Assembly: GCA_036386395.1 (NCBI GenBank)
Contig: DASVVU010000350.1
Coordinates: 1-58,854 of the forward strand
DNA: 58,854 nucleotides
Direction: 5' to 3'
From: Beijerinckiaceae bacterium
GTDB taxonomy: Bacteria > Pseudomonadota > Alphaproteobacteria > Rhizobiales > Beijerinckiaceae
Shown here: positions 18,399 to 28,401 of the stretch, in pieces
Layout of the letters: each line of letters starts with the position of its first letter
How positions within the stretch are numbered: the first letter of the stretch is position 1
Translations under genes and position numbers: made by a program
Notes under the pieces: model-generated
The model's input: the letters and a program-made list of their open reading frames with translations, nothing else
Told to the model about the DNA's origin: nothing
Databases searched by the model: none

Positions 18399-18821
18399 AT
18401 GATCCGCAAGGCGCGCGCCGTCTGGCGCGGGACGGGCAAGGACGGCAACGGCGACCTGACAACGGACTCCGGCGTCCTCTCCGGCACGCCCTATTCCTTC
18501 AAGACCCGCTTCGAGAGCGAGAAGGGCACGAACCCCGAGGAGTTGATCGCGGCGGCGCACGCGGGCTGCTTCACCATGGCGCTCGCGTTCCAGCTCCAGG
18601 GCGCGGGCTTCACGCCGACGGAGCTTGCGACGGAAGCGGCCGTGTCCCTGGAGAAAGAGGGCCAGGGCTTCCGCATCTCGAAGTCGGCGCTGACCCTCAA
18701 GGCGCAGGTGCCCGGGATCGAACGGGCGAAATTCGAGGAGCTGGCCCGGGCCGCGGAGAAGAACTGCCCGGTGTCCAAGGTCCTCAACGCCGAGATCACG
18801 ATGGAGTGGACGCTGGGGTGA
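18399..18821 (+). CDS. osmC: OsmC-family peroxiredoxin
   Basis: [16 protein letters not shown] and CPVSK; GAGGAG RBS. Confidence 0.92.
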   Translation: MIRKARAVWRGTGKDGNGDLTTDSGVLSGTPYSFKTRFESEKGTNPEELIAAAHAGCFTMALAFQLQGAGFTPTELATEAAVSLEKEGQGFRISKSALTLKAQVPGIERAKFEELARAAEKNCPVSKVLNAEITMEWTLG

Positions 18822-18898
18822 CCCTCGCGAAACGGCCGTCGAGATCGTTTGTGTACGAATGATCTTGTGGTAAGCTTCCCGCGAGACGGGAGGCGGGT

Positions 18899-19216
18899 TT
18901 GGGCGTCATTCACGTGATCGACCGCGAGGGCGCGCGGCACACCCTCGAGGCGCTCGACGGCTGGCGGGTGATGGAGATCATCCGCGACTGGAGCCTGCCC
19001 ATCGGCGGCACCTGCGGCGGGGCCTGCGCGTGCGCGACCTGCCACGTCTTCGTCGCGCCCGAGTGGATGGACCGGCTCCTGCCCGCCTCCGACGAGGAGG
19101 AGGACAAGCTCGACATGGTGCCGCTGACGCAAGGAAACTCGCGCCTCGCCTGCCAGATCCTTTACGGGCCCGACCTCGACGGGCTCGAGGTCGCGCTCGC
19201 GCCGGTGAGCGGTTAA
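18899..19216 (+). CDS. 2Fe-2S ferredoxin (adrenodoxin/putidaredoxin type)
   Basis: CGGACACATCH and SRLACQ. Confidence 0.9.
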   Translation: MGVIHVIDREGARHTLEALDGWRVMEIIRDWSLPIGGTCGGACACATCHVFVAPEWMDRLLPASDEEEDKLDMVPLTQGNSRLACQILYGPDLDGLEVALAPVSG

Positions 19217-19234
19217 GAACCGCCGAGCGAGTAG

Positions 19235-20410
<1,176 letters not shown>

Positions 20411-20414
20411 CGGC

Positions 20415-20517
20415 CGTCATCCTCGGGCCGCGTAGCGGACCGGAGAACCTCCGGGGATTCGAGCTCGACCGTCCCGGGATCCTCGGCTCTCCGCTTGCGC
20501 TCTGGCCGAGGATGACG
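20415..20517. repeat. Palindromic repeat related to family B (CGTCATCCTCGG...CCGAGGATGACG)
   Basis: 12-bp terminal inverted repeat with internal hairpins, between convergent genes. Confidence 0.7.
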
Positions 20518-20522
20518 CTCCT

Positions 20523-21212
20523 TTACGGACGCCTCGCCTCCACAAGCCAGTCCTGCTCGCCATAGGTCGTGCCGATGCGGACGACCTCAAAGCCGGCCTG
20601 TCCGAAAAGGCTTTCCAGCTCCTCGCGCGAGAAGAAGTTGAAGCGGGTCCAATCGGTACGGGCGAGGATCGCCCGGGTGCACACCGTGGCGACGAGCAAT
20701 CCCGGCCCGTTCCGCGCGAGCGACCACCAGCGCGAGGGGCCGCCGCGCAGGTGCTCCCGCATGAGGGCGTTGATCCGGAACCGCTCCCGTGGATTCGAGC
20801 ACATCAGGGTTCCGCCCGGCCGCAGCACGCGCCGGAACTCCTGCAGGGTCCGGAGCGGACGGGGCAGGCTGTAGAGCACGTTCGAGCACAGGACCACGTC
20901 GAAGCTCGCGTCGGGAAAGGCCAAGGGCGCGTCGAGGTCGGCCTTGAGCACCCGGGTGCGCCTGAGCTTCCTGCGCGCGCGGGCGAGCATGACCTCGGAT
21001 CCGTCGACGGCGGTCAGCGCCGCCGCGACTCCGGCGCGCTCCAGGTGCAGGCAGGCGTTGCCGGTGCCGCAGCCGGCATCGAGCACCGCGGACGCGCCGC
21101 GGGCCGGGCCGCAGAGGTCCTCGATCATCTGCCGGTAGGGCTCGAGGTGCGAGATCGAGTCGTAGACGCGGGCGTAGCTGCCCCAGAACATCCGCCAGAA
21201 CCGGTCGCGCAT
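20523..21212 (-). CDS. Class I SAM-dependent methyltransferase
   Basis: VLDAGCGTG, VDGSEVML, FPDASFDVV, RRVLRPGG. Confidence 0.88.
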   Translation of the reverse strand: MRDRFWRMFWGSYARVYDSISHLEPYRQMIEDLCGPARGASAVLDAGCGTGNACLHLERAGVAAALTAVDGSEVMLARARRKLRRTRVLKADLDAPLAFPDASFDVVLCSNVLYSLPRPLRTLQEFRRVLRPGGTLMCSNPRERFRINALMREHLRGGPSRWWSLARNGPGLLVATVCTRAILARTDWTRFNFFSREELESLFGQAGFEVVRIGTTYGEQDWLVEARRP

Positions 21213-21288
21213 CCTTAAGCTCCGTCGGACCGTTTGCGGAAACGATGGGCGAGGGACTGACGTTTTGCAATCACAGGGAGGCAACTGC

Positions 21289-22026
21289 ATGGACTCACTT
21301 GCCGGGAGCGGCGGCCGGCCTGCGTTCGTCATCCGCGAGCTCGTCGCGGCGGACGAGATCGAGGCCTATTTCCGGCTGCGCTACGACGTGTATTCTCAAT
21401 CCGGCTACCTCCCGGAACGGCGCGACCGGATCGAGATCGACGCCCACGACCCCGGCTCCCGCTTCCTCGGAGCCTTCGAGGGAGCTACGAGGCAGCTCGT
21501 CGCCGGCGTCAGGATGATCCTGCCGGCGGGCGAGCCGAACGGCCGCGCGGTTCGCGAGCTCGCGGCTCGCCTGAAGGAAGAGCCGCTGCCGGCGGAGCGC
21601 CCCGCCCTCTTCCCGACCCGGGCGGCTTTCGACGCCGACTGGTTCTTCGCATTCTGCGAGAACCGCGGCCTTCGCCTGACGGAATTCGGCCGCACCGTGT
21701 GCCGCCCCGAGCATACCAAAAGCGGCATCGGGACGATGCTGGTCCACGCGGTCCATGCCCTGGCGATCCTGTACGACCTCGACGCGGGCTTCAGCTCGTG
21801 CCCGCCGAAACTGGCCGGCTTCTACGGCAAGCTCGGATGCCAGGTCATGGGCAGCCTCGGAACGTCGCAGATCCGCGGCATCGACACCGAGCTCGTGGCC
21901 CTCCTGTCGGACCTGAAGACGATCGGGCTCGACGGGCGGGTCGAGCGGGCGGCACGCGACCTTGCGCGAGGTGGCGTCGCTCTCGTCCCGTCGGCCGGTG
22001 GCCTCGACTTCGCCGGCTCCGCGTGA
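21289..22026 (+). CDS. GNAT-fold acyltransferase, N-acyl amino acid synthase (FeeM)/autoinducer-synthase-like
   Basis: FRLRYDVYSQSGYL, IEIDAHD, VAGVRMI, EFGRTV, FYGKLG pattern; GGAGG RBS. Confidence 0.6.
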   Translation: MDSLAGSGGRPAFVIRELVAADEIEAYFRLRYDVYSQSGYLPERRDRIEIDAHDPGSRFLGAFEGATRQLVAGVRMILPAGEPNGRAVRELAARLKEEPLPAERPALFPTRAAFDADWFFAFCENRGLRLTEFGRTVCRPEHTKSGIGTMLVHAVHALAILYDLDAGFSSCPPKLAGFYGKLGCQVMGSLGTSQIRGIDTELVALLSDLKTIGLDGRVERAARDLARGGVALVPSAGGLDFAGSA

Positions 22027-22040
22027 CTCGTGCCGCAAAG

Positions 22041-22064
22041 AAAAAGGCCGGGGAAACCCCGGCC
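22041..22064 (-). terminator. Rho-independent terminator
   Basis: GGCCGGGG-AAA-CCCCGGCC hairpin followed by a U-run on the minus strand. Confidence 0.75.
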
Positions 22065-22088
22065 CTTCTCGGAAAAGCGCTGCTCGAC

Positions 22089-22370
22089 TTAGTCGTTGCA
22101 CTTGCGGATGCGCTTCGTGACCATGCGGCCGAAGTCGTCTTCCTTCTTCACGATGATCGTGCGGCAGCCGACGTTGCCGGTCTCGTAGACGTCGCGGCGC
22201 TGGCGGCGGACCACCACGCGGTCGTCGTCCCAGCCGCGGTCGCGGCGGACCTCGGTGCGGACCGTGCGGTCGCGGTCGAAGCCGGGGGCGCCGGCGCGGA
22301 ACTCGATGCTCTGGGCCGAGGCCGCGGTCGCCGCGACGCAGAACCCGAGGGCAAGGGCAAGCTTCTTCAT
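22089..22370 (-). CDS. Small exported Arg/Asp-rich protein of unknown function
   Basis: GGAG RBS; MKKLALALGFCVAATAASA signal peptide; two C-terminal Cys; own promoter and terminator. Confidence 0.75.
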   Translation of the reverse strand: MKKLALALGFCVAATAASAQSIEFRAGAPGFDRDRTVRTEVRRDRGWDDDRVVVRRQRRDVYETGNVGCRTIIVKKEDDFGRMVTKRIRKCND

Positions 22371-22410
22371 GGTTCGTCTCCCGAGAAAGAGGTTCAACAC
22401 GTGGAGATGA

Positions 22411-22435
22411 AACGTCCCAGGGCGGCCCCTGTTCC
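22411..22435 (-). promoter_or_regulatory. sigmaEcfG (general stress response) promoter
   Basis: GGAAC-N16-CGTT on the minus strand, about 40 nt upstream of ATG 22370. Confidence 0.72.
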
Positions 22436-22595
22436 GGAGAATTGCTAGATAAGCCATTGAAGAGAGGAGCGAGTGTTCAGGTTGGTGAACGGCAGATGAA
22501 TAGCGAGCTATTCGAAGCTCGACGCGCCCGAGCTTGGAACGCGTTCCTCCACTTGCCGCCGGGCGTTTACCTTCTCGCAGATCGGAGCCGGCCAT

Positions 22596-22623
22596 AAAAA
22601 ACCCCGCCGCGGGAGCGGCGGGG
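22596..22623 (-). terminator. Rho-independent terminator
   Basis: CCCCGCCGC/GCGGCGGGG stem plus U6 on the minus strand. Confidence 0.75.
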
Positions 22624-22650
22624 CGTTGGCTGCGCGGAAAGCCGCCGTGC

Positions 22651-22953
22651 CTAGCGCACGACCTCCTTGCAGGTCCGGTTGCCCAGGGAGTCCTGGATGC
22701 AGGTCTGCTCGCGGGTCGCGGGGACGCGCTCCTCGACGACGACGGAGCCGGTGGTGTTCGGGCCGGTGGTCGCGCCGCCGACGACGGCGCCGGCGCCGGC
22801 GCCGATCACCGCGCCCACGGGGCCGCCGACGACCGCGCCCGCGACCGCGCCGGTGGTGGCGCCGGCGGCCGCGCCCGAGTCGGTCGCGGAGGCGATGTTC
22901 GGAAGGGCGAAGAGGGCCGCGACCGCGGCCAGGCCGATGATGCTCGCACGCAT
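22651..22953 (-). CDS. Small exported glycine-zipper protein
   Basis: Signal peptide, GAVAGAVVGGPVGAVIGAGAGAVVG zipper, C-terminal Cys pair; AGGAG RBS. Confidence 0.8.
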   Translation of the reverse strand: MRASIIGLAAVAALFALPNIASATDSGAAAGATTGAVAGAVVGGPVGAVIGAGAGAVVGGATTGPNTTGSVVVEERVPATREQTCIQDSLGNRTCKEVVR

Positions 22954-22989
22954 GGTGTCGCTCCTGGGGGTTCGATCCGTTGCACGGGA

Positions 22990-23014
22990 AACGCTGGGCT
23001 CCGGACGCGGTTCC
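22990..23014 (-). promoter_or_regulatory. sigmaEcfG (general stress response) promoter
   Basis: GGAAC-N16-CGTT on the minus strand, about 37 nt upstream of ATG 22953. Confidence 0.72.
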
Positions 23015-23069
23015 GGCTCGTGAGGACGGGACCGGCAGCTGACTTGTCATTCCGGGGCTCGTGCGAGGG

Positions 23070-25100
23070 TTACACGACCGCCTTGTTGCGCACGGCCCGC
23101 CGCTTCGGCACCCCCGGCGCACTCTCCGCCCGCCGCTCCGCCGCCCGCTCCACCACGCGCACCATGTCGGCCATGATGGCGTCGAGGGCGTAGTCCTTCG
23201 GCGTATAGACGGCGGCGACGCCCATGTTGCGCAGCACGTTGTCGTCCTCGGCCGAGATGATGCCGCCGACCACCACGGGGACGTGGTCGAGGCCCTCCAA
23301 GCGAAGGCGCGCCTTGACCTCGCGCACGAGGGGCACGTGGGAGCCCGAGAGGATCGAGAGGCCGATCACGTGCGCCTTCGTCTCCCGCGCCTTGGCGACG
23401 ATCTCGGCCGGGGTCTGGCGGATGCCGTCGTAGGCGACCTCCATGCCGACGTCGCGGGCGCGGAGCGCGATCTGCTCGGCGCCGTTCGAGTGGCCGTCGA
23501 GGCCTGGCTTGCCAACGACGAGGCGGGGCGTCTCCCCGAGCTTCTCGCCCAGCTCCGCCACCATGAGGCGGATGTCCGGCGTCGCGCCCGCCGTCGCGGT
23601 CTCGGGGGTCACGCCGGTCGGGGCGCGGTACTCGCCGAAGACGCGGCGCAGGCGCTCGCCCCACTCGCCGGTGGTGACGCCGGCCTTGGCGCAGGCGATC
23701 GAGGCCGGCATGATGGTGCGATCCTCCCGCGCGGCGGCTTCGAGGTCCGCAAGCGCCGCCTCGGCCGCGGCCCCGTCGCGGGAGTCGCGCCAGGCGCGGA
23801 TGCGGCGCACCGCCTCCATCTCGACGGTCTCGGGGACGCTGAGGAACGCGCTCTCGCCGGCCGTGAGGGGCGAGCTCTCGCCCTCGGTGAAGCGGTTGAC
23901 GCCGACGACGACCTGCTCGCCGGACTCGATCGCGGCAAGCCGCCGCGCGTTCGACTCGACGAGGGCGCGCTTCAGGGCCCCGCTCTCGACCGCGGCGATC
24001 GCTCCGCCCATGGCGTCGATGCGGGCGAGTTCTTCCCGCGCCGCGCTCTTCAGCTCCTCGACCTTCGCCTCGATGACATGCGAGCCATCGAAGATGTCGC
24101 CGTACTCGAGGAGGTCCGTCTCGTAGGCGAGGATCTGCTGCATGCGCAGCGACCACTGCTGGTCCCAAGGGCGCGGCAGCCCGAGCGCCTCGTTCCAGGC
24201 CGGGAGCTGCACGGCGCGGGCGCGGGCCTTCTTGGACAGGGTCACGGCCAGCATCTCGAGCATGATGCGGTGGACGTTGTTCTCGGGCTGCGGCTCGGTG
24301 AGGCCGAGGGAGTTCACCTGCACGCCGTAGCGGAACAGGCGCTTCTTCGGGTCGGTCACGCCGTAGCGCTCCAAAAGAATCTCGTCCCAGAGCGCCGCGA
24401 AGGCGCGCATCTTGCAGATCTCGGTGACGAAGCGCAGGCCCGCGTTGACGAAGAACGAGATGCGCCCCGCCGCCTCCGCGAAGGCCTCCTCGTCGACCTC
24501 GCCCGCGGCCCGCACGGTGTCGAGGACGGCGCAGGCGGTGGCGAGCGCGAAGGACAGTTCCTGCACCGGCGTCGCCCCCGCCTCCTGCAGGTGGTAGGAG
24601 CAGACGTTCATGGGATTCCACTTCGGCATCTCGCGGGTCGTGAACAGGATCACGTCCTTGGTGAGCCGCATGGAGGGCGCCGGCGGAAAGACGTAGGTGC
24701 CGCGCGAGAGATACTCCTTGACGATGTCGTTCTGGGTCGTGCCCTGAAGCGCGGCCCGCTCCGCCCCCTGCTCGTCCGCGACCGCGATGTAGAGCGCGAG
24801 GAGCCACGGCGCCGTGGCGTTGATGGTCATCGAGGTGTTCATGTCGGCGAGCGGGATGCCGTCGAACAGCGCCCGCATGTCGCCGACGTGGGAGACCGGG
24901 ACGCCGACCTTGCCGACCTCGCCCTTGGCGAGCTCGTGGTCCGGGTCGTAGCCCGTCTGCGTCGGCAGGTCGAAGGCGACGGAGAGGCCGGTCTGGCCCC
25001 GCGACAGGTTCGAACGGTAGAGCGCGTTCGACTCCGCCGCCGTCGAGTGCCCGGCGTAGGTGCGGAAGATCCAAGGCTTGTCGCGCGTCGCGCTCGTCAT
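23070..25100 (-). CDS. ecm: Ethylmalonyl-CoA mutase (MeaA/Ecm)
   Basis: KPWIFRTYAGHS, LSVAFDLPTQTGYD, B12-binding GLDGHSNG; divergent from ccr. Confidence 0.93.
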   Translation of the reverse strand: MTSATRDKPWIFRTYAGHSTAAESNALYRSNLSRGQTGLSVAFDLPTQTGYDPDHELAKGEVGKVGVPVSHVGDMRALFDGIPLADMNTSMTINATAPWLLALYIAVADEQGAERAALQGTTQNDIVKEYLSRGTYVFPPAPSMRLTKDVILFTTREMPKWNPMNVCSYHLQEAGATPVQELSFALATACAVLDTVRAAGEVDEEAFAEAAGRISFFVNAGLRFVTEICKMRAFAALWDEILLERYGVTDPKKRLFRYGVQVNSLGLTEPQPENNVHRIMLEMLAVTLSKKARARAVQLPAWNEALGLPRPWDQQWSLRMQQILAYETDLLEYGDIFDGSHVIEAKVEELKSAAREELARIDAMGGAIAAVESGALKRALVESNARRLAAIESGEQVVVGVNRFTEGESSPLTAGESAFLSVPETVEMEAVRRIRAWRDSRDGAAAEAALADLEAAAREDRTIMPASIACAKAGVTTGEWGERLRRVFGEYRAPTGVTPETATAGATPDIRLMVAELGEKLGETPRLVVGKPGLDGHSNGAEQIALRARDVGMEVAYDGIRQTPAEIVAKARETKAHVIGLSILSGSHVPLVREVKARLRLEGLDHVPVVVGGIISAEDDNVLRNMGVAAVYTPKDYALDAIMADMVRVVERAAERRAESAPGVPKRRAVRNKAVV

Positions 25101-25134
25101 GCGGTCGCCCATCGGTCCTCGCGCCCAAGCTTTG

Positions 25135-25267
25135 TTGTGCAATGCACTATCCTATCCCTTCGTTCCGGTGAAGCCAGCCGGCTCCAGCGCACGCAAAGGG
25201 AAACCTGGAGAGGGCGGAAGCGTTGCCGTCGCAACCATCCTCCTCAAGGCTATGTTGCGGCGCAGCA
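25135..25267. promoter_or_regulatory. Two putative PhaR boxes in the ecm-ccr divergent region
   Basis: TGCATTGCACAA (minus, 25135-25146) and TGCGGCGCAGCA (plus, 25256-25267) fit the rhizobial PhaR motif TGCRNYGCASMA. Confidence 0.55.
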
Positions 25268-25312
25268 ACAAGGCCGGTAGTCTCCCCCCAACGATCAAGC
25301 GAGGGCACCCCG

Positions 25313-26584
25313 ATGGCGGTCCAGGCGCTGCGCAAGTCCGACAAGCCGAAGAGCCTCTACGAGGTGGGCGAGATCCCGCCCCTCGGGCACGTGCCCGAAA
25401 AGATGTACGCCTGGGCGATCCGCAAGGAGCGGCACGGGCCGCCGGAAGAGGCCATGCAGGTCGAGGTCGTGCCGACGTGGGAGATCCACGACGACGAGGT
25501 GCTCGTCCTCGTGATGGCGGCCGGCGTCAACTACAACGGCGTCTGGGCGGCGCTGGGCCAGCCCGTCTCGACGCTGGACGGCCACAAGAGCCCCTACCAC
25601 GTCGCGGGCTCCGACGCCTCGGGGATCGTCTGGGCGGTCGGCGCCAAGGTGAAGCGCTGGAAGGTCGGCGACGAGGTCGTGGTCCACTGCAACCAGGACG
25701 ACGGCGACGACGAGGAGTGCAACGGCGGCGATCCGATGTTCTCAGCGAGCCAGCGCATCTGGGGCTACGAGACGCCGGACGGCTCGTTCGCCCAGTTCTG
25801 CCGGGTGCAGTCGCGCCAGCTCATGGCGCGGCCCAAGCACCTCACCTGGGAGGAGGCGGCCTGCTACACGCTGACGCTCGCCACCGCCTACCGCATGCTG
25901 TTCGGCCACCAGGGCCATAGGCTGCGGCCCGGCGACAACGTGCTGGTGTGGGGCGCGAGTGGAGGCCTCGGGGTGTTCGGCGTGCAGCTCTGCGCGGCCT
26001 CCGGCGCCAACGCCATCGGCATCATCTCGGACGAGTCGAAGCGCGACTACGTCATGCAGCTCGGCGCCAGGGGCGTCATCAACCGCAAGGATTTTTCCTG
26101 CTGGGGACAACTGCCCAAGGTCAACTCGCCCGAGTACGCCGAGTGGTCGAAGGAGGCGCGGAAGTTCGGCAAGGCGATCTGGGACATCACGGGCAAGAAG
26201 GACGTCGACATCGTCTTCGAGCACCCGGGCGAGCAGACTTTTCCGGTCTCGACCCTCGTCGTGAAGCGCGGCGGCATGGTGGTGTTCTGCGCCGGCACCA
26301 CGGGCTTCAACATCACCTTCGACGCCCGCTACGTCTGGATGCGGCAGAAGCGCATCCAGGGCTCCCACTTCGCCCATCTGAAGCAGGCCGCCGCCGCGAA
26401 CCAGTTCGTCCTCGACCGCCGCATCGACCCCTGCATGTCCGAGGTCTTCCCCTGGGACAAGATCCCCCAGGCCCACACCAAGATGTGGAAGAACCAGCAC
26501 GCGCCCGGCAACATGGCGGTGCTCGTCAACGCGCCGCGCTCGGGGCTGCGGACGTTCGATGATGTGATCGAGGCGGGGCGGTAG
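25313..26584 (+). CDS. ccr: Crotonyl-CoA carboxylase/reductase
   Basis: LVMAAGVNYNGVWA, HVAGSDASG, IWGYETPDGSFAQF, WMRQKRIQGSHFA. Confidence 0.96.
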   Translation: MAVQALRKSDKPKSLYEVGEIPPLGHVPEKMYAWAIRKERHGPPEEAMQVEVVPTWEIHDDEVLVLVMAAGVNYNGVWAALGQPVSTLDGHKSPYHVAGSDASGIVWAVGAKVKRWKVGDEVVVHCNQDDGDDEECNGGDPMFSASQRIWGYETPDGSFAQFCRVQSRQLMARPKHLTWEEAACYTLTLATAYRMLFGHQGHRLRPGDNVLVWGASGGLGVFGVQLCAASGANAIGIISDESKRDYVMQLGARGVINRKDFSCWGQLPKVNSPEYAEWSKEARKFGKAIWDITGKKDVDIVFEHPGEQTFPVSTLVVKRGGMVVFCAGTTGFNITFDARYVWMRQKRIQGSHFAHLKQAAAANQFVLDRRIDPCMSEVFPWDKIPQAHTKMWKNQHAPGNMAVLVNAPRSGLRTFDDVIEAGR

Positions 26585-26593
26585 GTGTGGGAG

Positions 26594-27187
26594 CTAGCGT
26601 CTCCCGAATGTAAAAAGCCAAACAAGGCCCACGAGATATACAAACGCCACTACAGAAAGCATGGTCGCTAATGATCGACGGCGCTCTATGCGGCGCTGGA
26701 TTCGCTCGTCAATGATAGAGAGAAACGCTGAGAGAATCTGGCCAACATAAATCAGCTCCTCACGATTATTTTCAGCAGCCGCTTTTATGGCGCGCCTCAC
26801 CTGCTCCGACAGCTTGGCTCCATACGTATCAACGATGCGTTCAACGCTCGGAAATTTATATTGCGCGTCGTAAATGAGAGAATACAATTTTTCGCGCGGG
26901 CCCTGGACATCTTGCTCCCAGACATCAACACAATAATAGCCTTTTCTGGTCGTTCTCTCACGGCCTCCCAAAAATGGCAGGTCGAGTATGAAGGACGGTG
27001 AGGCGAGTTGCTCGTTGTCGTATATCTCCGCTAAGCCAGCTTCTCTTAGGGAATAATATCCAATCAAGTCGGAATTCTCTTCTCCACTGGACAACAGCAC
27101 AGAGGGGGTGGGCGATCCCGGTCCGACTATAACGAAGCGAACCGGCGCATTGACCACGACAGGTTTGTTATTGCTGTAGTCCGGCAT
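26594..27187 (-). CDS. Hypothetical protein with C-terminal transmembrane helix (low-GC islet)
   Basis: 197-aa ORF in AT-richer DNA; ATG abuts the upstream stop; hydrophobic C-terminus. Confidence 0.65.
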   Translation of the reverse strand: MPDYSNNKPVVVNAPVRFVIVGPGSPTPSVLLSSGEENSDLIGYYSLREAGLAEIYDNEQLASPSFILDLPFLGGRERTTRKGYYCVDVWEQDVQGPREKLYSLIYDAQYKFPSVERIVDTYGAKLSEQVRRAIKAAAENNREELIYVGQILSAFLSIIDERIQRRIERRRSLATMLSVVAFVYLVGLVWLFTFGRR

Positions 27188-28012
27188 TTAGTGAGCCATC
27201 CAGTGAAGGAGCACGGCGATATCCTTGTTCCGTAAGTTCGAATGGTCGACCAGGATATCAACTACCTCGTATTTTCCGCTTTGTTCCAATAGCTTCCGTG
27301 ATTCCTCGACAAATTGAATCATAGCCAAAGAGGTATGTCTGTCCCTGCTGATAAGATCGGCTTTGTTTAGGACGATGATTACATTGCGAGAGGCGGCGTC
27401 ATCTCTATTCTTCGCCGCAACCAGTTGCTGTAAAAAATAACTCTGCTGGTGAAGGCGGGCACTGTCGAGGTCTGACGTGTCGTCCCGCTCGTTGTGATCT
27501 ACGAATATCACCAAACGATCAGACATACTTTGAATGTCGAATTGGGTGAGGTCCCTTTGGCCAACGGTATCTAAAACGGCAACATATGCGGGAGGATCTT
27601 TGTCCGGAATGGCGACAAGTCGCGCGTACGGTTTTTCGGTCTGCCGCTTCTCGCTCCGGCGACTTACGGCTCCATCGAGAAAAGTTGTTTTTCCAACGTT
27701 TTGCTTCCCTACGAGGCCGATTTTTGGCACGGGCACAAGCAACGAGTTTAGCTCTTCCAACTCAAGCCTTCTTGATCCAATGCGAGATGGATGAAGATGG
27801 AACTGGGGCATGCTAAAGTAAAGCAACAAGACGATACACGCTGAAAATGCAATAAGAAAGGCGTAACGCCAATGTTCACTGGAAATTACGATTCCAGAAA
27901 GTGCAAATATTCCCGCTAGAATTGCGATAAGATTAAGCTGTACTGTCGCAATTTCTACAAACCGCCGCCCCCAGCACGAGAAGAACGCAATTATCGCGAC
28001 TCGGTTAGGCAT
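27188..28012 (-). CDS. Membrane-anchored TRAFAC-class GTPase (low-GC islet; start uncertain)
   Basis: G1 GKQNVGKT, G3 DTVG, G4 NKAD, preceded by two hydrophobic helices. Confidence 0.75.
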   Translation of the reverse strand: MPNRVAIIAFFSCWGRRFVEIATVQLNLIAILAGIFALSGIVISSEHWRYAFLIAFSACIVLLLYFSMPQFHLHPSRIGSRRLELEELNSLLVPVPKIGLVGKQNVGKTTFLDGAVSRRSEKRQTEKPYARLVAIPDKDPPAYVAVLDTVGQRDLTQFDIQSMSDRLVIFVDHNERDDTSDLDSARLHQQSYFLQQLVAAKNRDDAASRNVIIVLNKADLISRDRHTSLAMIQFVEESRKLLEQSGKYEVVDILVDHSNLRNKDIAVLLHWMAH

Positions 28013-28401
28013 CTTAAATTGCGCGCTGTCCCATGAGGCGGCATGTTGGCATATGTCTCCTACGCGAGCAACGACAAGCATCGGAGGAACGACATCGGCG
28101 AACTTTGCGGTCGCACTCCGCATCCGCGACCCACGCCCGATACCGTGGCGTCAACCACTACCGGTGCATCCCATGTCCCGAGCCTTCAAAGCTCAGCCGT
28201 CTACATCGAATGCTAGGGACGCCGAGGCAATCTGCGGCACCTCCGAATCCGGAGCTTGGGACGTCATTGGCAGCCGAGCTTTCTCCTGGACTGTTGAGGC
28301 AAAGCGGCGGCATATCGACAGACGAAGTCTCATGACCCATGCTGGCCGTGTGCCGCGATCAACGCGACTGCCACGTGTTGAAGCGTATTGGGGAGGATCT
28401 C

